DNA of 64,000 bases from a bacterium (GTDB lineage: Bacteria; UBA8248): contig CBDBBI010000010.1 in assembly GCA_965202625.1 (NCBI GenBank), forward strand, positions 832,001-896,000, in the 5' to 3' direction. Shown in pieces: positions 27,613-39,679 of this stretch. Numbering within the stretch: position 1 is the stretch's first letter; every line of letters begins with the position of its first letter. A program made the position numbers and the translations under genes. The notes below the pieces were generated by a model that did not search any database, had not been told where the DNA came from, and was given only the letters and a program-made list of their open reading frames with translations.

Positions 27613-30162
27613 ATGAACACTGTGCTCTCGTTTCAGGTCGTTCCCAAGGTTCCTTCCGGATTGAAAGAACTTGAAGCCATCGCCAGCAACGTTGCCTTTG
27701 ACTGGAACCATCGTGCGCGCGCGCTGTTCAAACAACTGGACAAAACCCAGTGGGAGGAGTGTCACTACAACCCCGTCAAGATGCTGGGGTGCGTCTCTCA
27801 GAGGCGGCTCAATGAAGTAGTGCGCGATGCGCATTTCCTCAGCGAGATGAAAAGCGTCCTGAAGGAGCTTCACGCATATCTCGAAAAACCCACCTGGTAC
27901 CAAAACTTGCCCGAAAGCGAGAGGGACGCCGACCTCAGCATCGCCTATTTCAGTATGGAATTTGGGCTGACGGAATCCGTGCCCAACTACTCAGGCGGCC
28001 TAGGCGTCCTCGCCGGCGACCACATGAAATCCGCAAGCGACCTAGGGCTGCCCCTCATCGGTGTCGGGCTCTTATATAGCCAAGGATATTTTCGGCAACA
28101 CCTTGGTCCTGACGGCTGGCAGCAAGAGCGCTATCCGGACAACGATTTTCATCTCATGCCCCTCCATCTCGAGCGCGACGAGAGCGGCGCACCCATCACG
28201 GTAGAGATCGACTACCCCGACGGCCTTCTCACCGCGCAAATCTGGCGTGTTCAGGTTGGCCGCAACCCTATCTATCTCATGGACGCGAACATCCCCGAAA
28301 ACGCAACCTCGCTGCGCGAAATTACTTTAGCCCTTTATGGTGGGGACATGGAGACGCGAATTCGCCAGGAGATATTGCTCGGCATCGGCGGCGTAAGGCT
28401 GCTCCACAAGCTGAATCTCCCGCCCGTCGTCTGCCACATGAACGAGGGGCATTCCGCCTTCCTTGCACTCGAGAGAATCCGATTCTCGATGGAGAAATTC
28501 GGGATCAACGCCGGCACTGCTCGAGAGTTGACCTCGGCGAGCAACATCTTCACGACGCACACGCCCGTTCCGGCGGGCATCGATATTTTTCCACCCGACA
28601 TGATGGAAAAATACTTCCGCGCTTATGCGAAATCCCTCTCGATGGACTGGGACGACTTTCTGGGACTGGGCCGGGTCCACCCCGAACAGGGGGCTGAGCC
28701 CTTCAACATGGCCGTCCTCGCACTGCGCCTCTCCTCTGCGGCGAACGGCGTCAGCAAACTTCATGGAGAAGTCTCCCGAAAAATGTGGCAATCGATGTGG
28801 CCGGAAGTCCCCGAACACGATATCCCCATCGACTCGGTCACGAACGGCGTTCATTTCCCCACCTGGGTGTCTACCGAGATAAAAGGGGTGTTCGATCATT
28901 ACCTGGGCGGCGTTTGGGCGGATGAGACGGACAACTCCGAGATATGGGAGAGAGCCGCCTCCATTCCGGAGAGCGAGCTCTGGGCTGTCAAAGAGAAAAA
29001 TCGCGAGCGTCTCATCCGCTTTTGTCGTGAACACATCCTCAGGGGGCCGTTGGGGGGCATCCACCACTCCGGCGGCGCCATACTCCCCAACCCCAAAGCC
29101 CTGACGATTGGGTTCGCCAGACGCTTCGCCACCTACAAGCGCCCTACCCTTTTGCTCAAACGGCCAGAACGCCTCGTCTCACTCCTCACGAACGAAGAGA
29201 AGCCCATTCAGATCATATTCGCCGGCAAGGCGCACCCCAAAGACATGGAAGGCAAGAGCTTCATCCGAGAACTCATTCATTTCGCCCGAAGAGAGAACGT
29301 GCAACAGAAGCTTATATTCCTGGAGGATTACGACGTCCACGCCGCGCGGCAACTCGTGCAAGGGGTGGATTTATGGCTCAACAACCCGCGTCGCCCGCAA
29401 GAAGCGAGCGGAACGAGCGGCATGAAAGCCGCCGTCAACGGCGCCTTGAACCTGAGCATACTGGACGGCTGGTGGGCGGAGGGGTATTCGAGTCGTCTGG
29501 GGTGGGCCATCGGCGGCCCGGAGGAGTATGACGACCCTGGCTATCAAGATGAGATGGAGTGCGAGAGTTTATTTAATATTCTCGAGCAGGCCGTGGTTCC
29601 CCTTTTCTACGAGCGCAACCAGGAAGGGGTTCCGCATCGCTGGATGGAGATGGTCAAAAATTCCCTAAAATCCCTTTGCCCGCTATTCAACACCACTCGA
29701 ATGGTTCGTGAATACACCGAGAAATTCTATCTGCCCTTAGGGGCGCACCACGCGCGCCTCATGGAGGATGAGAGGGCGGCCGCGAAGGCGCTCTCCGAGT
29801 GGAAAAAGTGCGCGAGAGACGCATGGCCCGGAGTCGAGATCACCCGCATTTCGATGGCGCAAAACGGCGTCGTCCCGCTGGGCACGAAAATGAGGATCGA
29901 AGCGGAAGTTTCTCTTGGAAGGCTCTCGCCGGAAGAGGTTCGTATCGAAATTTATGAGGGCGCCATGAAGGAGCATAATCACTTAACCGGCGGTGTCGCC
30001 TCCCCCATGACCTTCACGGAAGACTTAGGGGGCGGCACTTACCGTTTTCAAGGCGAGATCGAGTGCTGCAGAACGGGGGCGCATGGCCTCTCGGTTCGCG
30101 CTGTCCCCCATCACCCACACCTCCTTCATCCTTTCAGCCTGCACCTCCTGACATGGGGATAG
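27613..30162 (+). CDS. glgP: Alpha-glucan (glycogen) phosphorylase
   Basis: YFSMEFG, YSGGLGVLAGD, HMNEGH, FARRFATYKR, EASGTSGMK. Confidence 0.96.
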   Translation: MNTVLSFQVVPKVPSGLKELEAIASNVAFDWNHRARALFKQLDKTQWEECHYNPVKMLGCVSQRRLNEVVRDAHFLSEMKSVLKELHAYLEKPTWYQNLPESERDADLSIAYFSMEFGLTESVPNYSGGLGVLAGDHMKSASDLGLPLIGVGLLYSQGYFRQHLGPDGWQQERYPDNDFHLMPLHLERDESGAPITVEIDYPDGLLTAQIWRVQVGRNPIYLMDANIPENATSLREITLALYGGDMETRIRQEILLGIGGVRLLHKLNLPPVVCHMNEGHSAFLALERIRFSMEKFGINAGTARELTSASNIFTTHTPVPAGIDIFPPDMMEKYFRAYAKSLSMDWDDFLGLGRVHPEQGAEPFNMAVLALRLSSAANGVSKLHGEVSRKMWQSMWPEVPEHDIPIDSVTNGVHFPTWVSTEIKGVFDHYLGGVWADETDNSEIWERAASIPESELWAVKEKNRERLIRFCREHILRGPLGGIHHSGGAILPNPKALTIGFARRFATYKRPTLLLKRPERLVSLLTNEEKPIQIIFAGKAHPKDMEGKSFIRELIHFARRENVQQKLIFLEDYDVHAARQLVQGVDLWLNNPRRPQEASGTSGMKAAVNGALNLSILDGWWAEGYSSRLGWAIGGPEEYDDPGYQDEMECESLFNILEQAVVPLFYERNQEGVPHRWMEMVKNSLKSLCPLFNTTRMVREYTEKFYLPLGAHHARLMEDERAAAKALSEWKKCARDAWPGVEITRISMAQNGVVPLGTKMRIEAEVSLGRLSPEEVRIEIYEGAMKEHNHLTGGVASPMTFTEDLGGGTYRFQGEIECCRTGAHGLSVRAVPHHPHLLHPFSLHLLTWG

Positions 30163-30189
30163 CCGCTCGCGCGCAGAGGAGAACACGGC

Positions 30190-30504
30190 ATGAGCGACAA
30201 CAAACCGCACATCGTCGAAATCGGACGCGGGGGAAGAATCCGCCTCCCCAAGGAAATCATGAAATCCATGGGAGCTGTGCCTGGCAACCAGATCAGGTTC
30301 GAGGTGGAGGGAGGCTCCGTGCGAATTCTGCGGCATCAGGTGAAAGACCCGTTCGCCGAAGCCGCCAGAAAAAAGATCCCCGACATCCAGGAATTGATGA
30401 GCCAGCAAGCGGCACGGAAGAAAGAGGCGGCCGACCTTTTCGACAAAGGGATTCAGGAGAAGCACAACATCAGGCCCGAAGATCGGGAAGATTTTTGGCG
30501 ATAA
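30190..30504 (+). CDS. AbrB/MazE/SpoVT-domain DNA-binding protein
   Basis: IGRGGRIRLPKEIMKSMGAVPGNQIRFEV plus a helical C-terminus. Confidence 0.8.
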   Translation: MSDNKPHIVEIGRGGRIRLPKEIMKSMGAVPGNQIRFEVEGGSVRILRHQVKDPFAEAARKKIPDIQELMSQQAARKKEAADLFDKGIQEKHNIRPEDREDFWR

Positions 30505-30531
30505 CGGCGAAAGCGCGATCAGCCGAAAACC

Positions 30532-32430
30532 CTAGGCGCTGAATCCCTCCTCAAAGCGCACGTTGGCCGCTTGCCTAAGCTTTTCCAAATACAGCCCAAA
30601 CGCCAGCGCACTTTTCAGGCGAAGCATATCGCGCCAAAAATCCGCTTTCTCGGATTCGAATTTTTTTCCGTTCACCTTAGGCCCCTCTAATACCTCGAAC
30701 AAAATTACGTCTCCGGCAGATTCCGCCATACCGAAATCGCCTTTGTCGAGGGAGAAAGCGACGTCCGATAGATTCATCGAGGGACCAAGCGAGCGAGGGA
30801 CGCCCACGCGCTTGAAAGGTCTGGGCGTGAGCGCTTTCAGTTGGACTCCCTCGGCGACGGAGAGCAGATCGCGCTTTTTGTCCTTCAACTCCTGAAGCCA
30901 TAGTTCCGCCTTTCGTTTTGCGATCTCCGCGCCCTGGAACCGCAAAAACGACTTCTCCGCCACTTCGCGCACGTCCGAAAATTCCGGAACAAAGGGCGCC
31001 CTTTTCGCTTCGAGCCGCACAAAGCTGACGCCCCCCTCGCCTTCTCTCTCCCTGGATATTCGCTCTTTTCCGCTCAAACCAAAGGCAAGCGCGCTCACCA
31101 CTCCAGACGCAGGAACCGTCCGGGGAAGTCGACCTCTTTCAAAGAAATCGGTTTTCCCCTTTCTCAGGCCGGCGAGGGAAGGCTCCGCCTTTTTGTCTTC
31201 GATCGTATAGCGAATTTTTCTCAACGCGCTCCTCGCCTGCTGCTTCGCCCGCAGTCCCCGCAAATCTTTTTCCACCTCGCCTCGAACTTCCTCGAACGGC
31301 CTCTGGCCGGCCAACACCCGATCCTTCACCCATAGGAGATGCATCCCAAAGGAAGTCTTCACCGGCGCGCTCACTCCCCCTTTTTCCAGCCCAAACGCCA
31401 CTTTCTCCAACTCCGGCAGCATCTGTCCCCTGCCGAACGTGCCGAGAGCACCTCCCTGGCTCGCGGCTGGGCCCTCGGAGTGGGTCTTCGCCAATTTGAC
31501 GAACTTCTCGCCTTTGACGATGCGCTCGCGCAATTTTTCGAGTCGTTCCCTGGCCGCCTCAATTCGTTCTTTGTTCACATTCGGCGGAAGTTTCAATAGA
31601 ATTTGATGGGGCCATATGCTCTCCTGACGTTCATACTTCGCGCGGGTTCGGTTATAGTGAGACATTAGGTCCCCGTCGCTGAGCTCGATTTTCTTCTCCA
31701 CCTCGGAGAATGGGAGATGCCACCAAGACACCTTCCTTTGGGGTCCGGTTTTGAATTCGTTCCTGTTTTTCTCATAGTAGGTTTTCAAGTCCGTCTCCGA
31801 GGCCAAAACTTCTTCGGCGAACATCTCCGGTCGCAGACGAATCGCGACCACCTTGATTTCCGCGTTTCTCCACTCATACGCGTCACCCACCTCCTGCGCG
31901 CTGATCGACACGCCCATGCTCACGTAATCCCGAAATTGGCTGAGCAGAGCGCTTCGCCTTTGTCCCTCCTCAAATTGGCGAGGGGTGAGGCCGTTCGCCT
32001 CCAAAACGTCTCGATATCGAGCCGCGTCGAATTTCCCGTCTTTTTGAAAAGGGGGGAGCGACTGTATCTGGAGAGCGACTTCCGAGTCGGTGACCTGCAT
32101 ACCGAGACGCCGGGCCTCGCGCAACTGAAGTTTCTCCAGTATGAGAGAATTCAGTACCTGACGTCTCAGGCCGAGGCGACGCGCGAGTTCCTCGTTATAG
32201 GCATCGCCCACCTGTCGCCTAAGTGCCTCAGCCCGGGCGTAGTAGCGCTGTTCAAATTCGCTCACCGATATCGGCGTATCGCCGACCCACGCCGCAACCC
32301 GCGCGCCTGTGGAGTGACTCGGCCTATCCGTAAGCGCAAACCCTCCAAAAGACACGAACGTGAGCGCAACGAGACCGAGCAGCACCTTCAAAACCCAGCT
32401 TTTTCCCTTCTCTCTCAAAAAACGAAGCAT
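30532..32430 (-). CDS. ppiD: PpiD-like membrane-anchored SurA-domain/parvulin chaperone
   Basis: N-terminal TM anchor, SurA-N (FQKDGKFD), rotamase HQILL...HSEG...GGALG. Confidence 0.85.
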   Translation of the reverse strand: MLRFLREKGKSWVLKVLLGLVALTFVSFGGFALTDRPSHSTGARVAAWVGDTPISVSEFEQRYYARAEALRRQVGDAYNEELARRLGLRRQVLNSLILEKLQLREARRLGMQVTDSEVALQIQSLPPFQKDGKFDAARYRDVLEANGLTPRQFEEGQRRSALLSQFRDYVSMGVSISAQEVGDAYEWRNAEIKVVAIRLRPEMFAEEVLASETDLKTYYEKNRNEFKTGPQRKVSWWHLPFSEVEKKIELSDGDLMSHYNRTRAKYERQESIWPHQILLKLPPNVNKERIEAARERLEKLRERIVKGEKFVKLAKTHSEGPAASQGGALGTFGRGQMLPELEKVAFGLEKGGVSAPVKTSFGMHLLWVKDRVLAGQRPFEEVRGEVEKDLRGLRAKQQARSALRKIRYTIEDKKAEPSLAGLRKGKTDFFERGRLPRTVPASGVVSALAFGLSGKERISREREGEGGVSFVRLEAKRAPFVPEFSDVREVAEKSFLRFQGAEIAKRKAELWLQELKDKKRDLLSVAEGVQLKALTPRPFKRVGVPRSLGPSMNLSDVAFSLDKGDFGMAESAGDVILFEVLEGPKVNGKKFESEKADFWRDMLRLKSALAFGLYLEKLRQAANVRFEEGFSA

Positions 32431-32679
32431 AAATGATCAACTCCTCGAAAAACCAACATCCTAGCGAACAAACGCGCACCCAAGCGGGACTCGGAGAAAA
32501 ATAGCCCACCTCTCCTCTCATCGCAAACGGGAGAAGCCGAATTCTCAGAATCCAGCTGCTATTGCGTAAATAGGCTTTTGCCGCATTGCTTCGCGCTTTT
32601 CCTTTTACGCTTGCGTGCTTTCCTTGATTTTTCTCCCCTAGAATGTTACGTCGTAGAGAAATTTGTCTCAGGAAGGTAG

Positions 32680-33732
<1,053 letters not shown>

Positions 33733-33809
33733 CCGAAATATTCCAGAAGGAATTCCACCCCCTTTAATACTGCTTTTCGCCCACGTCCAAGAGCGAACCC
33801 TGGAATACG

Positions 33810-34643
33810 ATGCTTCATTTTTTTATCAGGCGCCGAAACGCAATCCTTCTTCTTTCCCTGTTTATCGTCTGTTTTACGCTCATCACGCTAAGCGTGCGCT
33901 TTCAGGGACGCTCCACCCTGCTCGACAGGGCGTTCTTTTCTCTCGTCGGGCGCGTCATCAAGATTGCCGACGCCCCCAGAAAGTGGTCGGTTGAGGCATG
34001 GCAAAGATACAGGCTCCTTAAGAATGCGCACGAAGAAAACGTGGCATTGAAGCAAAAATTACAAGCACTTTATACGTATCATGCACAAATGCAGGAGCTG
34101 AAATCGAAAATCGCGCGCATGGAAAGATTGCTCAAAGCTTCAGAGGCGTTGACGTCACCCGTTCGTCTCGCGCGGATCGTGGCTTACGGCAAAAGTATTT
34201 ATGGAAAAACATTGATAGTGGACCTAGGCTCAAAAGATGGGGTGCGCAAGAATATGTCAGTCATCCACCAAGCGGGCCTGGTGGGCAGAATCTCCCGCGT
34301 GGGCAACGGTGTAAGCCAAGTGCTCACCCTGCTTGATTCGAGAAGCGCGGTCAACGTCATCGCGCAGGGGTCGCGTGCGCAAGGGATTCTCTCCATCTCC
34401 CCTTACGGGGAGATGGAGGTGCGCTATATGCCGACTAACGTGGAAATCGCGGTGGGAGATCTGCTCATTTCCTCCGGACTGGGCGGAATTTTTCCAAAAG
34501 GGTTCCCTGTGGCCCACATCACGGAAGTCGTCAACACAAAAGGGCTGTTCTCCAAAATCAAGGCGAAGACTGCCGTCAACTTCTCCAGTTTAGAAGAAGT
34601 GCTGATCCTCATGACGAAACCGGAGGAAAACACATGGGAATGA
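33810..34643 (+). CDS. mreC: Rod shape-determining protein MreC
   Basis: TM, coiled coil, GLVGRI, SSGLGGIFPKG; follows mreB. Confidence 0.94.
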   Translation: MLHFFIRRRNAILLLSLFIVCFTLITLSVRFQGRSTLLDRAFFSLVGRVIKIADAPRKWSVEAWQRYRLLKNAHEENVALKQKLQALYTYHAQMQELKSKIARMERLLKASEALTSPVRLARIVAYGKSIYGKTLIVDLGSKDGVRKNMSVIHQAGLVGRISRVGNGVSQVLTLLDSRSAVNVIAQGSRAQGILSISPYGEMEVRYMPTNVEIAVGDLLISSGLGGIFPKGFPVAHITEVVNTKGLFSKIKAKTAVNFSSLEEVLILMTKPEENTWE

Positions 34644-35167
34644 CTCTTTTGTTCTATTTAATACTCGCCGTCATCACAATCGTCTTTCACCTGTCGATAG
34701 CGGAGTATTTCGCCGACTGGATTGGTTCCAGGCCCGACGCTATCCTCCTCACCTCCGTATTTCTGGGCGTGCGGCGCAACGCGGAGACGGGGCTCATCGG
34801 GGGGTTCTTCCTAGGACTCTTTGAGGATGTGCTCTCGGGGGGGGTGTTAGGTTTCAACGCGCTCCTGAACGGGTTGATCGGTCATTACATAGGAAGGGTG
34901 AAACACAACATGACGATACACGTCGCCCTTTTCCACTGCCTAGTGGTGTTCTCGGCCTCAATGTTCGACCTCTTGTTCTCAGCGGTACTCGTGAAGATAT
35001 TCCTCCCTCAGCAAGCACTGCCTCTCACGTATTGGATAGAAGAAATCAAGACCTTGGGACTGAACGCCCTTTTGGCGCCGGCGGCTATCGCCTTGCTGAT
35101 GAAGATAGAAAGCAAAATACTTCTATCCGCCGCAAGTTCTCCCTACCCGGAGCGGTCCATCAGATGA
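34634..35167 (+). CDS. mreD: Rod shape-determining protein MreD
   Basis: Hydrophobic; RPD, GLFEDVLSG; operon position. Confidence 0.88.
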   Translation: MGMTLLFYLILAVITIVFHLSIAEYFADWIGSRPDAILLTSVFLGVRRNAETGLIGGFFLGLFEDVLSGGVLGFNALLNGLIGHYIGRVKHNMTIHVALFHCLVVFSASMFDLLFSAVLVKIFLPQQALPLTYWIEEIKTLGLNALLAPAAIALLMKIESKILLSAASSPYPERSIR

Positions 35168-37068
35168 GAGAGTGGGAATCCAGCCCAAACCCCGAGAAGA
35201 CCAGCGCGCTCAAGCAGCGCGTTCGCATATTCTACATTTGTTTTGGCTTCATCTTTTTGGGCCTGTCCGTTCGACTTTGCAACCTTCAGGTGATTCAGGG
35301 CGAAAAATTCAGAAGCCGCTCCGAGAACAACCGTATCGCCCATCGACTCGTGCGAAGTCCTAGGGGAATGGTGTTCGATGCAACCGGAGAGCCGCTTGCA
35401 GACAACCGCGCGTCCTTCAGCATTTACATGGTCCGGGAGAACGTGAAAAAACTGAAGCGGACGATTCAGGTCCTCGCTGAACTCACGGAGCAACCCTATG
35501 AGGAACTCTACCAAAAGACCCTGCGCGCGGACCGCTTCCAGCCATTTCTCATCCAAGAGGACGTAAGCCGAAAAACCATAGCCTTTTTGGCGGAGCACAA
35601 ACCTGATTTTCCTGGCGTATTCATCAAAGTGGCGCCGCTTCGCAAATATCCGTCGCTTGAACAGGCGAGCCACCTTGTGGGCTATCTGGGCGAGATCGAC
35701 ACTCCCAGTCTGAAGCGCTTAAAAAAGCGAAGCTATTACCCAGGCGATCTCCTCGGTCAGCACGGGATCGAGCGGACACAAGAAAAATTCCTGCGCGGGA
35801 AAAGCGGCTTCAAACAGGTGGAAGTGGACGCATATGGAAGAGAATTGCGCGTCGTCCGCCCTTTCAAGGAGAGATCAGGGAACGACGTCTACCTGACGCT
35901 CAACCTAGAACTCCAGAAAAAAGCGGAAGCATTGTTTGAAAAGCACGAAGGTAGCATCGTCATACTCGATCCATCAGATGGCGCCGTTTTGGCCATGGTC
36001 AGCAAGCCGTCCTTCGATCCAAATATATTCGCCACGGGCATCGACACCAAAAATTGGAAAAAGCTCCAGAAAGACCCCTTGAATCCGCTGATGAATCGAG
36101 CGACCAGAGGGCAATATCCACCCGGCTCGATTTTCAAAATCATCATGGCCTTCGCCACGCTGAACGAGAAAATCACGAGCTCAAGTGAAAAAATACACTG
36201 CCCCGGCTCCTTTCGGTTTGGAGCCAAGGTATTTCAAGACTGGAAACAAGAGGGACACGGCCACATAGACGCCACACAATCCCTTGCCCAAAGTTGTGAC
36301 GTCTACTATTATAACGTTGGCGCCAAGCTAGGCATCGAGAGTATCGCGCGTTACGCCCGCATGTTCGGCCTAGGCGCACGCACCGGTTTTAGCTCCGCGG
36401 AAGAAAGAGGGCTCGTGCCATCCGGCGCGTGGAAGCAACGTCGATTCAACGAGAAATGGTACGCTGGCGAAACGATCAGCGTATCCATCGGCCAAGGTTT
36501 TAATCTCATAACGCCCTTGCAAGCGGCCAACCTCATGGCCACCGTGGCAAACCGTGGACATCTTTGGAAACCTTATGTCGTGAAAAAGGTACTGAATCCC
36601 GCCGGCAAGGTTATCTATAAGTCCGCTCCTCGGCTCACTCGCAAAATTCCGATAAGCCAAGAAATCTTCCGCGAAGTTCGAAAAGGACTCAGAGAGGTTG
36701 TCCATGGTGCGCGGGGGACGGGGAAAAAAGCGCGCATCCCAGGTATTGTCGTGGCCGGCAAGACGGGCACCTCCCAGGTGGTTGCCCTGAAATTCACGGG
36801 ACGAAAAAGGGAACCCGAGGAATTGCCGCGAAAATACCGGGATCATGGTTGGTTCGTCGCATTCGCCCCATACGAGAATCCAACTATCGCGCTCGCTATC
36901 CTCGGAGAGCACGCCGGGCGTCCGGGTTCTTTTTTCGCCCCATACGCCCGAGAACTGATTTCGTTTTATCTCAAGAAAAGCGAGAGCAAGGAGCTTCTCG
37001 CGTTCAACGCGGGGCGCCGAAAAAAAGAGCGCCCGCCAAGCGTCCGTCCATCAAGAGAACGTAGATGA
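35164..37068 (+). CDS. mrdA: Penicillin-binding protein 2
   Basis: PRG, PPGSIFK (SxxK), SCD, KTGT; ATG 35164 overlaps the mreD stop. Confidence 0.95.
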   Translation: MREWESSPNPEKTSALKQRVRIFYICFGFIFLGLSVRLCNLQVIQGEKFRSRSENNRIAHRLVRSPRGMVFDATGEPLADNRASFSIYMVRENVKKLKRTIQVLAELTEQPYEELYQKTLRADRFQPFLIQEDVSRKTIAFLAEHKPDFPGVFIKVAPLRKYPSLEQASHLVGYLGEIDTPSLKRLKKRSYYPGDLLGQHGIERTQEKFLRGKSGFKQVEVDAYGRELRVVRPFKERSGNDVYLTLNLELQKKAEALFEKHEGSIVILDPSDGAVLAMVSKPSFDPNIFATGIDTKNWKKLQKDPLNPLMNRATRGQYPPGSIFKIIMAFATLNEKITSSSEKIHCPGSFRFGAKVFQDWKQEGHGHIDATQSLAQSCDVYYYNVGAKLGIESIARYARMFGLGARTGFSSAEERGLVPSGAWKQRRFNEKWYAGETISVSIGQGFNLITPLQAANLMATVANRGHLWKPYVVKKVLNPAGKVIYKSAPRLTRKIPISQEIFREVRKGLREVVHGARGTGKKARIPGIVVAGKTGTSQVVALKFTGRKREPEELPRKYRDHGWFVAFAPYENPTIALAILGEHAGRPGSFFAPYARELISFYLKKSESKELLAFNAGRRKKERPPSVRPSRERR

Positions 37069-38201
37069 AAGACTTCGCCCTCTCACCATCGTCGACTTTC
37101 TCGCGCGTCATCTCCCAGGTGGACTGGATACTCGTTCTCACTACGCTCGCGCTCAGTCTCGCGGGCATTTTCATGATCTATAGCGCGATTCACTCCACCC
37201 CCACTCTTCTGAAAAACTCCTTGCATCTCAAACAAGCACTGTGGTCATCCATCGGATTGAGCGTGCTGCTCTGTATTCTTTTTTTCGACTACCACGTTTT
37301 TACGCGATGGGCTTATCTTTTTTACGCCCTCATCATCGTTCTGCTCATCGCCGTCCTCGTCTCGGGACAGATGGTCTATGGCTCGAAACGCTGGCTCGTC
37401 TTCGGTCCCTTGCGCCTGCAACCCTCCGAGCTTGCGCGCCTGGCGGTCATTCTCGTGCTCGCCAGATGCCTCGGCTCGCGCGAAACAGAAAAACCTCTAC
37501 GTTTCAAGGAGCTCATCCTGCCGTCTATTCTCGCGCTCGTGCCCGCGCTATTGATTATCCAACAGCCCGATTTAGGGACCGGACTCACGGTTCTCCTAAT
37601 AGCAGGAGCCATTTTTTTGGTCGTAGGCGTCACAAGAAAGGTACTTCTCACTATGGGGAGCATGGCGATCGCGTGCGTGCCCCTCGGTTGGTTTTTTCTC
37701 AAGGAATATCAACGCCGCCGCATCTTGACGCTCTTCAACCCCGAAGCTGACCCCCTTGGCGCGGGTTACCAGAAAATGCAAAGCATCATCGCCGTAGGCA
37801 GCGGGGAAATGTGGGGTAAAGGACCCCTTCAGGGAACGCAGAGCAGGCTTGGCTTTGTGCCAGAGAAACATACCGATTTCATCTTCGCCGTCCTGGGCGA
37901 GGAGTTTGGCTTCGTGGGCAACGTCACCGTCCTGGTTTTGTTCTTCATCTTCATTCAGCGGTGCCTGAGCGCAGCGCTGAACGCCGCCGACAAGGAGGGC
38001 GCGCTGCTCGCCATGGGCGTCGGCACGGCATTTTTCCTCTACATCACTTTCAACGTGGGAATGACGCTCGGCCTGATGCCCATAGTAGGAATCCCGCTTC
38101 CCATGCTCAGCTACGGGGGGAGTGCCTCCATTGCATCCTTCATCGCCATCGCACTGGTTTTGAACGTCAACATGAGAAAAAGAAAAAACCTCGTTCCTTG
38201 A
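37065..38201 (+). CDS. rodA: SEDS peptidoglycan polymerase RodA
   Basis: LQPSE, QPDLGT, PEKHTDFIF, LSYGGS. Confidence 0.96.
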   Translation: MKDFALSPSSTFSRVISQVDWILVLTTLALSLAGIFMIYSAIHSTPTLLKNSLHLKQALWSSIGLSVLLCILFFDYHVFTRWAYLFYALIIVLLIAVLVSGQMVYGSKRWLVFGPLRLQPSELARLAVILVLARCLGSRETEKPLRFKELILPSILALVPALLIIQQPDLGTGLTVLLIAGAIFLVVGVTRKVLLTMGSMAIACVPLGWFFLKEYQRRRILTLFNPEADPLGAGYQKMQSIIAVGSGEMWGKGPLQGTQSRLGFVPEKHTDFIFAVLGEEFGFVGNVTVLVLFFIFIQRCLSAALNAADKEGALLAMGVGTAFFLYITFNVGMTLGLMPIVGIPLPMLSYGGSASIASFIAIALVLNVNMRKRKNLVP

Positions 38202-38215
38202 TTGAGCCAGCCCTC

Positions 38216-39679
38216 TCACTCCCCATATTCCTTCTCTCCCGGGGGCGCGGACGCGAAATTGATGCCGATGGAGATGACCGCATCGCGCCCGCCATGCCGC
38301 TCAATCAGCGCGGCCTGCTCCTCCTTGGCACGACGATCCGCCTCATCAGGGTCAACTACAAGCAAAAGGCGCGCTTTCAGCTCTGCAAGAACCGATTGAT
38401 GCGCCGGGCTTCGAGAGAGGTCGCAACGCTCGTCCGGGTCGTCCTCCAGATCGAAGAGTTCAGGGTCGTACCCCACGTAATGGATATACTTGTAGGGCCC
38501 ACGGCGCATCATGAACAATCCCGTCTTAGCGCCAAGCGCGTGGAATTCACTGAAAATTTCACGCTCAGAGTCATCCGGCTCGCTCGCGATTCGGAACAAC
38601 GAGGCGCCGTGCAGCCTCTTCTCCTCATCAGGCACGAGAAGGCCAGCACAGTCGAGCGACGTTGGATACAAGTCAATGAGCGAGACCGGCGTTCGCGACG
38701 TTCTTCCCTTCGGAACATCCGGGCCAGAGATAATTAGAGGCACGGCGACCGACTCCTCATACATGGTGGATTTTCCCCAAAGCCCACGCTCTCCCAAGTT
38801 GTCTCCATGATCGCTCGCGAAAACCACTCGCGTATTCTCTCGAAAGCCGGTTTCCCCCAAAGTGCTCAAAATTTTTCCGACGTTTGAGTCCACATAGCTG
38901 ACCATGGCGAAATAAGACGCTAAGGCGACGCGGCGCTTTTGTTCATCAAAATAAGCGTCATAGGGAGCACATTCGTGGAGGGCCGCGATCCAGGGGTGCC
39001 AATCGTAACTGCCTGAGGGATGCGGCCTAGGGAGCGGAACGTCCTCCAAGGGGTAGAGGTCGTAAAACTCAGGCGGCCCGATGAAGGGGAAATGCGGGCA
39101 AGTGAGGGAGACGAACAACGCCCAGGGGCGCTCCCTACGCATGGACGCCTCCCTGGCGATCCACTCACACGCTAAATCCGTGACTTTCCCGTCATACGCG
39201 ATGTATTTGGAATCTCCCGGCCCAATGTGCTCGGCCATCCACTCCGGATGATTCCGGGGCGGCAAACCTTTTTCATCCCGAATGGCACTGAAGATATCAC
39301 CCCGCCCCTCTTTACCCAAGTGCATGGGAATAAGCTGTTCGTCAAAACCAACGGAAAAATCGGCGTTTCGGTAGTGAAGTTTGCCGACCGAGGCGGTTCT
39401 CACCCCGTTCTTCTGAAGACGATGTCCCCAGCTGGGCGGCTTTCCCTCATAGGGATGCGCGTTGTCCCACGCGCCGATTTCATGCACATATCTTCCGGTG
39501 GCAAAACTCGCACGCGCCGGAACGCAAATGGGGCAATTCGTATAGGCACTTTCGAAAAGGACGCCAGACGCCGCAAGTTCATCTATGTTTGGCGTTTTGG
39601 CGAGAGGATGGCCATAGCAGCCCAATATCTTTTGCGTATGCTCATCGTCCATCAAGAGCAAGAAATTCATCGGCTCCAT
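38216..39679 (-). CDS. Formylglycine-dependent sulfatase (choline-sulfatase-like)
   Basis: MDDEH, CVPAR (CxPxR), GKLH, SDHGD, WGKS. Confidence 0.9.
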   Translation of the reverse strand: MEPMNFLLLMDDEHTQKILGCYGHPLAKTPNIDELAASGVLFESAYTNCPICVPARASFATGRYVHEIGAWDNAHPYEGKPPSWGHRLQKNGVRTASVGKLHYRNADFSVGFDEQLIPMHLGKEGRGDIFSAIRDEKGLPPRNHPEWMAEHIGPGDSKYIAYDGKVTDLACEWIAREASMRRERPWALFVSLTCPHFPFIGPPEFYDLYPLEDVPLPRPHPSGSYDWHPWIAALHECAPYDAYFDEQKRRVALASYFAMVSYVDSNVGKILSTLGETGFRENTRVVFASDHGDNLGERGLWGKSTMYEESVAVPLIISGPDVPKGRTSRTPVSLIDLYPTSLDCAGLLVPDEEKRLHGASLFRIASEPDDSEREIFSEFHALGAKTGLFMMRRGPYKYIHYVGYDPELFDLEDDPDERCDLSRSPAHQSVLAELKARLLLVVDPDEADRRAKEEQAALIERHGGRDAVISIGINFASAPPGEKEYGE

